Of a stretch of 32,000 bases of DNA, positions 30,835-32,000 are shown in pieces. Source of the stretch: Xylella taiwanensis (GTDB lineage Bacteria; Pseudomonadota; Gammaproteobacteria; Xanthomonadales; Xanthomonadaceae); the NCBI RefSeq assembly GCF_013177435.1, contig NZ_CP053627.1, positions 2,490,001 to 2,522,000 on the forward strand, written 5' to 3'. A model generated the notes under the pieces. That model searched no databases and was not told where the DNA came from. It saw nothing but the letters and a program-made list of their open reading frames with translations. Within the stretch, counting starts at the first letter, position 1. The number at the start of each line of letters is the position of its first letter. The position numbers were made by a program, and so were the translations under genes.

Positions 30835-31404
30835 CTAGCGTCGCAGCCGTGCGAGCAACCATGCACCGCGATCGGTCGGCATCTGTGCCAGCAATTCCCT
30901 GCGCAACGCAGCGCATTGCGCAGGTGGAGTGCGCTGAACCAATATCGCCAATTGCGCTAACTGTGTATCGTCCAAAGCATGCAGCAATGCCAAAAGCGGC
31001 GCTCGCTCAGTCTCAGGGACGTAGCCAATCAGCGGTTGTAGATGCACATAGTGCGCGCCCAAGCGTGGACCCAGCAACCAACCGTGGCTGTACATCCGAT
31101 CCAATCGAGCGAAGCGTGCTTGCAGTGCCTGTTGTTGCATTGGCGACAGCGACGCAATCTCGGCCTGAGCCTTCAAAAGACGCACATGCTCATAAGGTAC
31201 TAAAGCCAACCAAGCGCGATAACGCAAGCGCAAGTCAGCCTGCTGCGCTGTGGTCATGTGCTGCCAACGCACCAATTTCTGGGCCGAGCTTGACGCTGCA
31301 GACATGACCAAATCCTGCGCTTGGCCACGGATACAAACCCCACCTAACAAAACCAGTAGAACACACAAACAACAACACGTACGACGGCGCTCGGTTCTGA
31401 TCAT
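30835..31404 (-). CDS. exported hypothetical protein, DUF3106-like
   Basis: 189 aa with a signal-like N-terminus (CCCLCVLLVLLGGVCIRGQA). An Arg/Gln/Leu-rich helical repeat region (QQADLRLRYRAWLALVPYEHVRLLKAQAEIASLSPMQQQALQARFARL) resembles DUF3106 (from memory). Its ATG overlaps the upstream gene stop in an ATGA junction at 31401-31404. Confidence 0.6.
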   Translation of the reverse strand: MIRTERRRTCCCLCVLLVLLGGVCIRGQAQDLVMSAASSSAQKLVRWQHMTTAQQADLRLRYRAWLALVPYEHVRLLKAQAEIASLSPMQQQALQARFARLDRMYSHGWLLGPRLGAHYVHLQPLIGYVPETERAPLLALLHALDDTQLAQLAILVQRTPPAQCAALRRELLAQMPTDRGAWLLARLRR

Positions 31405-32000
31405 CGACCATTTCCACTATGCCGAATGCCGGAGGCAACCATTGGGGCCGGTTCGGATTCATTCGGAGGCATCGGCTGGCCAGCCACGTACCAAGCCAAG
31501 AAATCAGCCTGACGCGCAGCTTCCAGGGCACTATCGTCAAGCATAGCGCGATCGGCAAGATCTGGCGATAGCTCCTGCGGCGGCACAGACGATACGTAAT
31601 CTGGTAGTTCTTCGATGAATACCGGCGAATCTTCTAGAAGAGGCAACACGACAGGAAACCCATTGGACACAGATTGGAGCTGCGGCACCGACATATGCCG
31701 GTTCCAAGCCCAATTCAATATGAAGATCAGCGCCAATATCAGCCCGACTACGGCCAAATACCGGTCAAATCTCCAACGCCCAGGTGATCGTAAGACAGCA
31801 GACTCAGCGACACTGATCTGCACCGATGGAGACGGAAGCACAGTCGTCGTGACCAGACGCTTGATAGATAAACTCCGTACCCGCTGCTGAGCTGCTTCTG
31901 CCAATACACGCCAAGCCGCTGGGTTCGGACGACCTTGCACGTCACGTGGGCAGGCACGCGCTAGCGCCTGGTAATAATTTTCCAACGGCTGATCCAATAC
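31401..32000 (-). CDS. single-pass membrane protein, possibly 5'-partial (ECF-sigma-associated / anti-sigma-like neighbour of the DUF3106 protein)
   Basis: The ORF is open to the window edge. The first ATG at 31995-31997 gives 198 aa. There is one clear TM segment (YLAVVGLILALIFILNWAW). It is translationally coupled to the downstream gene. The functional label is an inference from gene neighbourhoods recalled for DUF3106 proteins. Confidence 0.5.
   Translation of the reverse strand, partial: VLDQPLENYYQALARACPRDVQGRPNPAAWRVLAEAAQQRVRSLSIKRLVTTTVLPSPSVQISVAESAVLRSPGRWRFDRYLAVVGLILALIFILNWAWNRHMSVPQLQSVSNGFPVVLPLLEDSPVFIEELPDYVSSVPPQELSPDLADRAMLDDSALEAARQADFLAWYVAGQPMPPNESEPAPMVASGIRHSGNGR

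Overview
This 32-kb chromosomal window has a backbone of about 50-55 % G+C. Its intact genes are purE-purK, rep, sppA, opgD, a monothiol glutaredoxin, a MarC-family protein, a MATE pump, AcvB/VirJ, a Trm112-like protein, and DUF2272-like and DUF3106-like proteins. The set looks gamma-proteobacterial and most like Xanthomonadaceae/Xylella. That placement is inferred from protein families and composition and is not verified. Almost all backbone genes lie on the - strand. Two visibly AT-rich (roughly 30-40 % G+C) foreign islands interrupt the backbone. Island A (~1140-4165) is an intact four-gene polar-amino-acid-type ABC importer on the + strand. It is bounded by a frameshifted serine-recombinase relic and a truncated UvrD-like helicase relic. 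Island B (~13550-17650) holds a solitary 744-aa three-domain multicopper oxidase with long ORF-free AT-rich flanks. Two decayed IS5-family transposase relics lie at ~12.3-13.2 kb and ~20.3-21.6 kb. By my coordinates, intact CDSs cover only ~58 % of the window. The rest is ORF-poor spacer with a very strong C>G and A>T excess on the + strand, which I read as old pseudogene debris. I saw no rRNA, tRNA or CRISPR array by eye. I did not find an intact multi-gene system that I can honestly call novel. The accessory items most worth follow-up are the two low-GC islands, the helicase relic next to island A, the orphan acvB, and a few small sequence oddities: a C10 tract beside a palindrome, a mini-ORF with a consensus SD, and a 23-codon hydrophobic ORF.
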